Part shown: in pieces, positions 41,919 through 49,843 of the stretch
How positions within the stretch are numbered: the stretch's first letter is position 1
Layout of the letters: each line of letters begins with the position of its first letter
Virus record (IMG/VR): IMGVR_UViG_3300029240_000011
DNA: 58,296 nt
Source of the DNA: a virus
Strand: one strand, 5' to 3'
Position numbers and translations under genes: made by a program
Notes under the pieces: generated by a model
Told to the model about the DNA's origin: nothing
The model's database searches: none
Seen by the model: only the letters and a program-made list of their open reading frames with translations

Positions 41919-43148
41919 TTACTTCTTTGTGAGTTCTTTCCATACGGCTTCACTAAATTCAGGGAGTTCTTTGATATAGTCAAGCATATTTTGGGGCATT
42001 TTACTCCAAGCTATATCATTATCAACATATTGCAGTTGAGGGAAGCAAAACGCCCACCATTCTTGATTCCCTTTGATTCCATACCAGTTTGAAAATTCTG
42101 GTATCCAATTAAACTCTCTGATTTTACACAAAACTTCTTTTACACGAGATTTATTTGACTTCTTATTAAAAATATAGTGAGAAATTCCATCTTTATTTGA
42201 ACAAAACAAAGAATGAAAAACCCCTCTGCAATTTCGAATTCCATAGCTGCCGTTGACTGCGGCGCTGCCGCTGACTGCGGCGCTGCCGCTGACTGCGGTG
42301 CTGTCGCTGACTGCGGTGCTGTCGCTGACTGCGGTGCTGTCGCTGACTGCGGCGCTGTAGCTGACTGCGTCGCTGCAGTTGACTGCGTTGCTGTTTCTGA
42401 CTGCGTCGCTGAAGTCGACTGCGTTGCTGCCGTTGACTGCGTTGCTGTTTCTGACTGCGTTGCTGTTTCTGACTGCGTCGCTGCAGTTGACTGCGTTGCT
42501 GTAGCTGACTGCGTTGCTGTTTCTGACTGCGTCGCTGCAGTTGACTGCGTTGCTGCCGTTGACTGCGTCGCTGAAGTCGACTGCGTTGCTGCCGTTGACT
42601 GCGTTGCTGTTTCTGACTGCGTTGCTGTTTCTGACTGCGTCGCTGCCGTTGACTGCGTTGCTGTAGCTGACTGCGTTGCTGCCGTTGACTGTGGTGCTGC
42701 AGTTGACTGCGTTGCTGTAGATGACTGCGGTGCTGTAGCTGACTGCGGTGCTGTAGCTGACTGCGGTGCTGGAACGATCAAACTGTTTTATCAGATTTAT
42801 AAATTGCATGAGGTCGTATTCTTCAACAAACTCGATGCATTGTGCAACCGTTTTTAATCCATCCGGCGTATCGACAATATTTTCATATGCTGCAACCTTA
42901 AAATAGCGATTATAGCCTAACGGTTCATAAAAGTTAAAAACGTTAGCAGGATCTTTCGAAAAATGAAGGCCCCAACTGCAAGCATTTATATCTCCATCTA
43001 CACGGAATATTTTACCTTCAAGTTTTTCCCCTGTTTCTCCATATCGAAACCTCTGATTCGTTCCGCTGTCCCATTTGACTGCTTTATATCCGTAACACAG
43101 CGGTTTTGCGCCGTTCAGTTCCTTGCGCTGAATCTCAATTGTTTCCAT
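41919..43148 (-). CDS. hexapeptide-repeat protein (about 30 x [ND]-A-V-x-x-S) with globular N- and C-terminal domains
   Basis: 409-aa ORF. The repeat register was read directly. Confidence 0.7.
   Translation of the reverse strand: METIEIQRKELNGAKPLCYGYKAVKWDSGTNQRFRYGETGEKLEGKIFRVDGDINACSWGLHFSKDPANVFNFYEPLGYNRYFKVAAYENIVDTPDGLKTVAQCIEFVEEYDLMQFINLIKQFDRSSTAVSYSTAVSYSTAVIYSNAVNCSTTVNGSNAVSYSNAVNGSDAVRNSNAVRNSNAVNGSNAVDFSDAVNGSNAVNCSDAVRNSNAVSYSNAVNCSDAVRNSNAVRNSNAVNGSNAVDFSDAVRNSNAVNCSDAVSYSAAVSDSTAVSDSTAVSDSTAVSGSAAVSGSAAVNGSYGIRNCRGVFHSLFCSNKDGISHYIFNKKSNKSRVKEVLCKIREFNWIPEFSNWYGIKGNQEWWAFCFPQLQYVDNDIAWSKMPQNMLDYIKELPEFSEAVWKELTKK
42255..42768. repeat. about 28 tandem 18-bp repeats (GACTGCGTTGCTGTTTCT-like) with higher-order structure
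   Basis: Read directly. All frames are open because of the periodicity. Confidence 0.9.
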
Positions 43149-43362
43149 CTTCCCACTCCTTATAAAGATCTGCCAAAGCCGCGCGCTGCGCGTTTTCCGC
43201 TCCGATCTCCTGCAAATATTCCTCCGCCGTAGGCTGGGAACTTTCCGCTGCAGCCTGAACCATCGTAGAGGCTGCAGCCGCTGTTACGATCAGGCAGGCC
43301 GCCAGCATGATCCAGAAACGCAGCCTTCCCGCGCGCCGGCGTTTTCGTTCTTCCCGTGTCAT
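43135..43362 (-). CDS. small membrane protein (75 aa)
   Basis: MTREERKRRRAGRLRFWIMLAACLIVTAAAA... ATGA overlap. Confidence 0.5.
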   Translation of the reverse strand: MTREERKRRRAGRLRFWIMLAACLIVTAAAASTMVQAAAESSQPTAEEYLQEIGAENAQRAALADLYKEWEDGNN

Positions 43363-43568
43363 GTGAAAGCCGCCTCCTTTTCTGCAATCCATCGATCCAG
43401 CTGATTCCGATAGATGTAACACCACTTGACTTTCCCGCCAGACATAACACAATCCCCAAAAGGGAATACTCCCTGCTGGATCCCGTCCCGGACAGTTTCC
43501 GGGGAAATTCGTAGCCCAACATTTCGGAGAATTTCTGTCGCCTCAACTGCATTCAGTGTTTCGATCAT
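43359..43568 (-). CDS. excisionase-type / MerR-like small DNA-binding protein
   Basis: MIETLNAVEATEILRNVGLRISPETVRDGIQQG... Confidence 0.5.
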   Translation of the reverse strand: MIETLNAVEATEILRNVGLRISPETVRDGIQQGVFPFGDCVMSGGKVKWCYIYRNQLDRWIAEKEAAFT

Positions 43569-43725
43569 TGTTCCCGCCATCCTTTCCAAGAGTTTTTACA
43601 AGCTCGTCCCATGTCATGCCGTAGTAGGCCCGGCAAAGGTCGTCCATGACGCGCCGGGCGTTGTTGAAGCGGTTCTCAATCTCCCGCTTCGTGCTGCTCT
43701 CGTTGAGCTGCCCATCTTTGGTCAT
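43543..43725 (-). CDS. hypothetical protein (60 aa)
   Basis: AAGGAGG SD. Confidence 0.5.
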   Translation of the reverse strand: MTKDGQLNESSTKREIENRFNNARRVMDDLCRAYYGMTWDELVKTLGKDGGNNDRNTECS

Positions 43726-43901
43726 AAAAAATCCTCCTTTTCTTGCCAGAGGCCGGAGGATGTGATATACTGTCTCCGATACCTCGTAGCGCGTTTACGT
43801 GGTGTCATGGGCCGTTCTCTGCTGCTATCAGAGGCGGCCCAATTTTTGTTGTGCGCCCCCTCCCGTCGTGGTATACTGGGCGAAAAAAGGAGGCGTTAGA
43901 A

Positions 43902-44282
43902 ATGAAACTAAATCCTGATTGTATTCGAGATATTCTTTTGGCCGTAGAAGCCATATGCGATACTGGGCACTACTTTGATTCCAGAATAGATTTAGAGAAA
44001 ATACCCGGAAATCACGATACCGAGGAACTTGCGTACCACGCCCGCCAATGTGATATGGCTGGTATGTTTTACAAATTCAAACGTGGTATTGATGGCGGCT
44101 GGGAAGTTGTAGACTTAACCCCAAAAGGCCATGAATTCCTTTCCAACATTCGGGAAGATACCATTTGGAACAATGTAAAAACCGTATCATCTAAGGTTGG
44201 TTCAAAATCACTGAGCGCCATTTCTCAAATAGCGTCAGCCATTGTCACGGAAATCATAAAAGCTCAACTTGGACTTCGTTAG
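43902..44282 (+). CDS. DUF2513 (YjcQ-like) protein, opposite strand to the early operon
   Basis: MKLNPDCIRDILLAVEA...DLTPKGHEFL pattern. AAGGAGG SD. TGgTATACT -10 box. Confidence 0.6.
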   Translation: MKLNPDCIRDILLAVEAICDTGHYFDSRIDLEKIPGNHDTEELAYHARQCDMAGMFYKFKRGIDGGWEVVDLTPKGHEFLSNIREDTIWNNVKTVSSKVGSKSLSAISQIASAIVTEIIKAQLGLR

Positions 44283-44421
44283 TCACCTTCCCGGAGAACT
44301 CTAGCGTTATGGGGCCATCCTGCGTTTTTTCAATTTTTACGCTGTATAAATTCTGTATTTCCACGCCGTCAATTTCCAGCTTTGTGTTATGCCCATCGTT
44401 TCTTAAAACCACTCTTTTCAT
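44254..44421 (-). CDS. small hypothetical protein (55 aa; not in the ORF track)
   Basis: Own translation: MKRVVLRNDGHNTKLEIDGVEIQNLYSVKIEKTQDGPITLEFSGKVTNEVQVELL. GGGAGGGAAGGGGG SD. Confidence 0.45.
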   Translation of the reverse strand: MKRVVLRNDGHNTKLEIDGVEIQNLYSVKIEKTQDGPITLEFSGKVTNEVQVELL

Positions 44422-44438
44422 CGCTTTCCCCCTTCCCT

Positions 44439-44470
44439 CCCGCCACGTCAGGGGCGGGTTTCTTTTTCTT
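44439..44470 (+). terminator. rho-independent terminator (plus strand)
   Basis: CCCGCC-n8-GGCGGG followed by TTTCTTTTTCTT. Confidence 0.6.
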
Positions 44471-44725
44471 CGTTTTTTGTGCCTTTTTGTATCAGCCAGC
44501 CGGAAAAGCCGCCGAGCAAACGCTGTTGGCGATCAGCATTTGTATAGAGGCTTTTGAATTGAGTGTGATGAAGAGTGGAGATATGTTATGTGTTCTCGGC
44601 GGCTCTTCTAGCTGGCTGATGTTTTCTATGAATTTTTATTCTGTAGCATCTCTTCCAATGGTCGCCTCCTCTGTTTTTTTCCAAAATCTGATATGCTATA
44701 CTGGCTGGGAAGGGAGGTGAACATT

Positions 44726-45106
44726 GTGGTAGATAAAAAGACTTACAAAGTTCTAAAGTTGCTTTACAAGAAAAAACGCTGTACGTTCAAGGACATCCAA
44801 GAAATCACATCTCTAAACGAATCAAAAAGCCCAAGCAAATATATTTCAGAGCTTTACAAGAACCGCTTTATAGAGTATTGGATAAGCGACGAACTTATTG
44901 AAATAAATGGTATAAAAGACAATAAACAACTTGGTTATTCTATTTCTCTGGCCGGAGAAGCTTATGTAGAGCAAAGAAGACGTGAATCCAGAAACTTTTG
45001 GGTTCCTTATGTGATTACGACATTCATCGCGGCATTAAGCCTGATTGCATCGCTTGCTGATAACTGGGGCACGATTCTATCTTGGTTTGGCTATACACCG
45101 GGGTAA
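44726..45106 (+). CDS. membrane-anchored wHTH-like protein (C-terminal TM helix), opposite strand
   Basis: GGGAGGTG SD before GTG 44726. TGcTATACT -10 box like that of the DUF2513 gene. Confidence 0.55.
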   Translation: MVDKKTYKVLKLLYKKKRCTFKDIQEITSLNESKSPSKYISELYKNRFIEYWISDELIEINGIKDNKQLGYSISLAGEAYVEQRRRESRNFWVPYVITTFIAALSLIASLADNWGTILSWFGYTPG

Positions 45107-45344
45107 AGTCCTTGCATTCAGCGTCTTTGCCACAGCCGAGAAGAGTGTAAATATCTCCGTAGTAACCAGTTGGCTTTAATACCGAATAAGCGCATTGGAA
45201 GCAGTACAATCCTTTGCATTTGGGAAGAGATGCTTTGCTTATCAATGCACTCTCTCTGGTTTTGCTTCGCTCAACCTTCAATTCGGCTTCCAATTCTGAA
45301 ATTCTTCGCCTTAATGCTCTATTGCTTTGAAGCAACCATTTCAC
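45024..45344 (-). CDS. hypothetical coiled-coil/Cys protein (106 aa)
   Basis: Track ORF. Its 3' end overlaps the convergent plus-strand gene. Confidence 0.45.
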   Translation of the reverse strand: MKWLLQSNRALRRRISELEAELKVERSKTRESALISKASLPKCKGLYCFQCAYSVLKPTGYYGDIYTLLGCGKDAECKDFTPVYSQTKIESCPSYQQAMQSGLMPR

Positions 45345-45433
45345 CTCTCATTCTAGCTCCCGCCCCCTCAAGGGCGGTCTTCTTTGTCTCATCCAGTGAA
45401 GTCCGCAGAGGTCAAAATCCAAGAAAGAAAATT

Positions 45434-45649
45434 TTAATCTTTTGACCCGTTTGGGAAACATGCACCTGCTTCAAGGGCCATCTCCGCTGCGGCGAGGATG
45501 GCTTTTGAATATGCCACGCTCCGTTGGTTCCCGATTTGAAGGATAGCGATGATGGCGTTTGCCTTGTCGGCTCCTTCATCGCCAAGACGCTCTCTTACTT
45601 CTTTTTCGTAAGAAGGAAATGCATCAAATCTTTCTTTTGCTGTGCTCAT
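45434..45649 (-). CDS. hypothetical protein (71 aa)
   Basis: AGGAGGTG SD. Confidence 0.5.
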   Translation of the reverse strand: MSTAKERFDAFPSYEKEVRERLGDEGADKANAIIAILQIGNQRSVAYSKAILAAAEMALEAGACFPNGSKD

Positions 45650-45667
45650 GTTGTATCACCTCCTACC

Positions 45668-45865
45668 TCACTCGCCCTTCTCCGAAAGAAGCTCGTCTAC
45701 CGTCACACCGTAAAGTTTCGCAATTTCAGGAAGCATATTTGCCCTTGGAAGCGACCCGCCCTGTTCTCGTTCCCATAAACAAACAGCGGAATCAGAAATA
45801 CCAAGTCTATTTCCAACCTCTCGCTGAGAAAGACCAGCTTTCTCCCGAAACTCCTTAAATTTCAA
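45668..45865 (-). CDS. Cro-like XRE-family HTH regulator
   Basis: FREKAGLSQREVGNRLGISDSAVCLWE. TTG start after GGGGGTGA. Confidence 0.75.
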   Translation of the reverse strand: MKFKEFREKAGLSQREVGNRLGISDSAVCLWEREQGGSLPRANMLPEIAKLYGVTVDELLSEKGE

Positions 45866-45893
45866 AAATTCACCCCCAAACGCTTAATATTAC

Positions 45894-45922
45894 TTGACAT
45901 TTTAGGCTGCACCGCTTAATAT
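45894..45922 (+). promoter_or_regulatory. promoter TTGACA-17-TAATAT facing the CI-like gene
   Basis: Read directly. Overlaps CTTAAT-type operator half-sites. Confidence 0.5.
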
Positions 45923-46005
45923 TGAGTTGTCGGAACAATAGTAAACGATGCAGCCCAGTATTAAGTGGGCCTGATTTTTTGCGGCCTTTCCACTTAACAA
46001 TGTTA

Positions 46006-46034
46006 AGTATAAGGTATATCCAGCTTAATGTCAA
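46006..46034 (-). promoter_or_regulatory. promoter TTGACA-17-TATACT facing the Cro-like gene
   Basis: Read directly. Overlaps the palindrome CTTAACaatGTTAAG. Confidence 0.55.
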
Positions 46035-46078
46035 GGCCCTTTTCTTAATTTTATTAAGTTCGTTTTTGGAGGAGCCAC

Positions 46079-46420
46079 ATGGATATATTTTTCATGCTTT
46101 CCCAAATTGATAAACTATGCAGAGAACATCACATGACAAAAGCAGAATTTTATGAAAAGGTCGGCATAACAGCATCCGCGGTGTCTCAATGGAGAAATGG
46201 GAAAACAGAACCAGCTGAAACTACAATTTATAGAATCGCAGATTTGTTCAATGTTGACGCGAATTTTCTGACCAGAGAGCAAAATAATCCCGACCCCCAA
46301 ACGGGAGCCGGGATGGACGATTTGACAAAAGATATTTTGAGTGAACTTGAAGGGATGAGCCACGCAGAAATGCTTCTTGTAAAAGAAAGAATTCAAAAAA
46401 TCAAGGAGTCCAGAGAATGA
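46079..46420 (+). CDS. CI-like XRE-family repressor
   Basis: MTKAEFYEKVGITASAVSQWRNGKTEP HTH. GGAGGAG SD. Divergent from the Cro-like gene. Confidence 0.75.
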   Translation: MDIFFMLSQIDKLCREHHMTKAEFYEKVGITASAVSQWRNGKTEPAETTIYRIADLFNVDANFLTREQNNPDPQTGAGMDDLTKDILSELEGMSHAEMLLVKERIQKIKESRE

Positions 46421-46599
46421 GAACTGAACGAGTAGTTACAAAAAATCGAGACGAGGAATCGACCTCCAAAATCATCCAGAGTTTTATTAATCTTGGTTGG
46501 GCTTATACCGGGATTTCGGAGCTTGGTAATGGCTATATCCTCAGATTTGATTGGGATAAAGAGACTCCGGCAGTTTATCCAAAAAGTCATTGGGATTGA
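46417..46599 (+). CDS. hypothetical protein co-transcribed with the repressor (60 aa)
   Basis: ATGA overlap with the repressor stop. Confidence 0.45.
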   Translation: MRTERVVTKNRDEESTSKIIQSFINLGWAYTGISELGNGYILRFDWDKETPAVYPKSHWD

Positions 46600-46843
46600 A
46601 TGGCTCACTGTTGAACGCTTTTCGACCAGACTGCTCAATCCCTGACAGCCACTTTTCTGCTTCTTCTCGTGTTCTCTTTTTTGGCTTATCTGGGTAGAAA
46701 AGTCCATAGCACCCAGACTCATAACCGAACATTTGCGGACAGAGAATACAATTCCATTCTCCGGTCTGAATGCGATCAATCACTTCCTCTCGGTTGTTCG
46801 TGAAAATCATATCCGGTTCAATGTATTGGTAGCTGATATTCAT
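46541..46843 (-). CDS. hypothetical protein (100 aa) between the repressor and the integrase
   Basis: Track ORF. ATGA overlap with the upstream 53-aa ORF. Confidence 0.5.
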   Translation of the reverse strand: MNISYQYIEPDMIFTNNREEVIDRIQTGEWNCILCPQMFGYESGCYGLFYPDKPKKRTREEAEKWLSGIEQSGRKAFNSEPFNPNDFLDKLPESLYPNQI

Positions 46844-47001
46844 TGAGCTATCTCCTTACTTGATTTCATTTCTTTAATCCAGTACAAAAGAGTTTCTTTT
46901 TCTTCCTTTGTAAGATCTATTATAGAAGATTTGATAATGATTTTCAATTCTTCTTCAGTTTCATTGAGCAATTCACCGCACGTTACATCTTGTTTATCCA
47001 T
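46840..47001 (-). CDS. small acidic hypothetical protein (53 aa; not in the ORF track)
   Basis: Own translation: MDKQDVTCGELLNETEEELKIIIKSSIIDLTKEEKETLLYWIKEMKSSKEIAQ. GAAGGAG SD. Confidence 0.45.
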   Translation of the reverse strand: MDKQDVTCGELLNETEEELKIIIKSSIIDLTKEEKETLLYWIKEMKSSKEIAQ

Positions 47002-47277
47002 CTTCCAGTTGCTCCTTCTACAAAAATATAGAACATAAGTTCCCTTTTGAAATTATTATAGCAGGGCACTTTAGAAATTTCTATTCGCATTTTATCAAGT
47101 TTTTGATGTCTCGTTTTGGTGCCAGTCTATATGTTGTATTGTAAGCAGATAGAATATCCACATACTGGAAAATTTATTTTTGTATTTTGTCCAATAAGAA
47201 TATAAAAAACGCCCGGTGCTGGAACACCGAACGGGGTAAAGGGGCGGCAAAATTTGGCGACTCACTATGGAGGGTAA

Positions 47278-48351
47278 ATGTCAATGGAATGTGCAAAATG
47301 TAAAGCAACTTTGCCAAATGGTGCATTGTATTGTCCTATGTGTGGGAAAAAGCAGATCTCAGAAAAGAGAAAAGCTTTGAAGCGCGCCAACAGGACGGGC
47401 ACCGTCTATAAGCTGCAGGGGCGAAGAAAACGCCCCTGGGTGGCCGCGAAGAATAAAGTGATCATTGGATACTACGAGCGAAAAACGGACGCTTTGGAGG
47501 CTCTTGAGCACCTATCTGGGAAAGATCTGAGCGAGCGTTATAATATGACATTTTCAGAAGTTTTTCAGGGATGGCGTGAGGAACATTATAAAACTATTAC
47601 GAAGAGCGGTATAGCATCCTATAACATCGCCTTCAAGGTATTTGCACCGCTACACAATAGAAAATTTAGAGACTTACGTACTGCAGATTTCCAAGCAGAA
47701 ATAGACAAACACATTGGAAAATCTTACTCTACTTTGTCAAAACACAAACAACTCATTACTCAAATGTATCAATGGGCCATCCGGGAAGAAATATGCACAA
47801 CAAATTTCGCAAAGTTTGTCCAACTTCCAGAGAACAAGAAGAAAGAAAAAGAAATTTTTTCAGACGAAGAAATCAAAAAGCTTGAAGAAGACGGAAGCGA
47901 AGCAGCAAGGATCGTCCTCATGCTCTTGGCAACTGGTATGCGCATTGGGGAGCTATTTTCGCTTCCGCTAAAAGACTACCACGGAACATATGTCGTTGGA
48001 GGCTCTAAAACCGAAGCCGGCAGAAACCGGATCATACCAATTCGTCCAGAAGGTAGAGCACATTTCGAGTATTTTTCCCGGCAAGCAGATGGACCACTGC
48101 TACTTTCTGGATACACAGGCCAAAAGGTATATACTAATTATCGAAAGCGGGATTATTACCCACTGTTAGATAAGCTTGGAATTAAGCGCAAAACGCCTCA
48201 TGCAACCAGGCACACATACACATCCAGAGCAGTTAAAGAAGGTATGCCCCCAGAGATCCTTCAAAAAATTCTTGGCCATGCAGACTACTCTACCACGGCA
48301 AATGTTTATACCCACATCGATATTGAAACATTGGTGAAGTCTGTTGAATAA
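47278..48351 (+). CDS. int: tyrosine integrase with N-terminal zinc ribbon
   Basis: CAKCKA...CPMCG N-terminus. C-terminal ...HATRHTYTSRAV...LGHADYSTTANVYTH catalytic motifs. Confidence 0.9.
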   Translation: MSMECAKCKATLPNGALYCPMCGKKQISEKRKALKRANRTGTVYKLQGRRKRPWVAAKNKVIIGYYERKTDALEALEHLSGKDLSERYNMTFSEVFQGWREEHYKTITKSGIASYNIAFKVFAPLHNRKFRDLRTADFQAEIDKHIGKSYSTLSKHKQLITQMYQWAIREEICTTNFAKFVQLPENKKKEKEIFSDEEIKKLEEDGSEAARIVLMLLATGMRIGELFSLPLKDYHGTYVVGGSKTEAGRNRIIPIRPEGRAHFEYFSRQADGPLLLSGYTGQKVYTNYRKRDYYPLLDKLGIKRKTPHATRHTYTSRAVKEGMPPEILQKILGHADYSTTANVYTHIDIETLVKSVE

Positions 48352-48358
48352 ATCACGG

Positions 48359-48380
48359 TTACTAACGCGTTACTAACAAA
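48359..48380 (+). repeat. two TTACTAAC(G/A) units (putative integrase arm-type sites, int-proximal arm)
   Basis: Read directly. Confidence 0.5.
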
Positions 48381-48403
48381 TCATTTTCAGAAGAAAAGAA
48401 GAA

Positions 48404-48436
48404 AACCCAGAAACCATTGCGGTTTCCGGGTTTTTC
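48404..48436. terminator. stem-loop AACCCaGAAACC/GGTTTCcGGGTT with flanking T/A runs (terminator for int, and for the tRNA on the other strand)
   Basis: Read directly. Confidence 0.65.
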
Positions 48437-48478
48437 TGGTGGAGAATACAGGACTCGAACCTGTGACCCCCTGCACGT
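48437..48478 (-). other. attP core: 3' fragment of a tRNA gene (variable loop GGGTC, T arm ACAGG-TTCGAGT-CCTGT, acceptor ATTCTCC, A73, CCA)
   Basis: The cloverleaf is absent 5' of the anticodon-stem position. Adjacent to int. Flanked by arm repeats. Confidence 0.75.
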
Positions 48479-48585
48479 CAAATATATTCAGCTTATATAC
48501 AAGGTTGTTCGAAAATGATTTTCCTTGATTTATCAATGGTTTTTTGCAATTCAAATCATTATAAATCATCTAAAAACACTTTGGG

Positions 48586-48607
48586 TTACTAACAAATTAC
48601 TAACAAA
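48586..48607 (+). repeat. tandem TTACTAACAAA x2 (putative integrase arm-type sites, distal arm)
   Basis: Read directly. Confidence 0.5.
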
Positions 48608-48628
48608 TCGAACTCAGAGATGAGCTTT

Positions 48629-49327
48629 TTACTCTACAATATTTTCGTAGTATTCTGCCAGTTTGTCCGGTACAGCATCTTTATCTTTCAGCCAAAAAGC
48701 AATTGCAGAGTCTACATAGAAATCGATCGTATTGACTCCATGCTTTTTATTGACAGCGCACCGATCACTGTACTCCGCATTCATCGCAACCCAGAGTTTC
48801 AAGGGATCGCAGTCCAGCCCCTTTTGAGAGATCAGCTGCTTTACCTGGTCAAGAGACCAATGACCTCCGGTGCTTCCATCTTCGTTCTGCATCTCTGATA
48901 CCCACTCTTCTGCCATTTTCTTATTAAACGATACAGGCGCACCGGACGCATAACCAGAAGTCATTTTCCCGTAACGGCCATAATCCATTTCCGGGAAATC
49001 TTTGTGGTTAGCATCACTTCGATAGTTCTTTTCAATTTCAGGCCGACTGTAGTTCTCTCCTGCAGAAAAGCCGATCTTATTCATTGGGCGATACCTCCCG
49101 TCATTCTCGTGATGCTCTCTATAAACGGGCGGCATATATTCATTTCTCATAGGCGCATAACGCCCATTGTCGTAATGCTCACGTCCTCTGTCATCCCGAA
49201 ACCGGCCTTCGATCCAGGCGCCCCAATCGTCACGAGGGTAATACTCGTGGGAAAATGAATCATAGTCATATCCACGTTCGTTTCTTTTCTCACGGTTCAT
49301 CATGAGCATTTTCGTTAAACCCTTCAT
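48629..49327 (-). CDS. cargo protein: R/Y/D/E/N-rich low-complexity N-half + globular C-terminal domain
   Basis: 232-aa track ORF. ATGA overlap with the upstream gene. Confidence 0.55.
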   Translation of the reverse strand: MKGLTKMLMMNREKRNERGYDYDSFSHEYYPRDDWGAWIEGRFRDDRGREHYDNGRYAPMRNEYMPPVYREHHENDGRYRPMNKIGFSAGENYSRPEIEKNYRSDANHKDFPEMDYGRYGKMTSGYASGAPVSFNKKMAEEWVSEMQNEDGSTGGHWSLDQVKQLISQKGLDCDPLKLWVAMNAEYSDRCAVNKKHGVNTIDFYVDSAIAFWLKDKDAVPDKLAEYYENIVE

Positions 49328-49740
49328 TTAGAAACCTCCCTTACAGCAGCTGTAGGAACAACTGTACTTCCACCATCGATGGAAGTCAGGTTATTATTGG
49401 GAGCGCAGCAAGGACTTCCAAGCATGCGGAAAGATCCTCCTGTTGGCGTTGTCACAACACATACGGAATACCGCGTGCGGGTACGAATGCCGCAGGCGGT
49501 AACCTGTGCACAATTTCGCTTTGTCAGTGGGTAAAGAGTGGTTCCTGTACCGATAGTAATATACACCGGGGCATTAATAGTTGCAGCATCAGGGATGCTC
49601 TGTGCAACAACGATACAGTATTTCTCTCCATTGTTGTAGGAACCGGCGGGCAGATTAATCTCCAAGTTTCCGCCAGTAAAAGCGACAGCCTGAGACAACA
49701 CCAGGTGATTGCAAAGTTTGCATACAGGTTTGCAAGACAT
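49324..49740 (-). CDS. cargo protein: Cys-rich, 138 aa
   Basis: GGAGG SD before ATG 49740 (MSCKPVCKLCNH...). Confidence 0.55.
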   Translation of the reverse strand: MSCKPVCKLCNHLVLSQAVAFTGGNLEINLPAGSYNNGEKYCIVVAQSIPDAATINAPVYITIGTGTTLYPLTKRNCAQVTACGIRTRTRYSVCVVTTPTGGSFRMLGSPCCAPNNNLTSIDGGSTVVPTAAVREVSK

Positions 49741-49843
49741 ATATTTTACCTCCAAAAATCAGGGACGGCGAACATCAGCTCACCGCCCCGAAATCGTCAC
49801 GGCAAAGCCGGAATTACCATATTGGTAAAGTCAAAAAAATTGT

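Noticed and set aside
42140-42857. ORFs in other frames and on the other strand over the 18-bp tandem repeats. A CRISPR-like appearance was also considered.
   Set aside because: All frames are open purely because of the 18-bp periodicity. The units are contiguous with no unique spacers, so this is not a CRISPR array. Only the frame continuous with the flanking globular domains was kept.
47205-47250. A hairpin with a T-run on the minus strand upstream of int (CGGTG-ttccag-CACCG...TTTTTT), considered as a terminator.
   Set aside because: It is plausible, but there is no obvious minus-strand transcript to terminate other than antisense read-through of int. It was left unannotated for lack of support.
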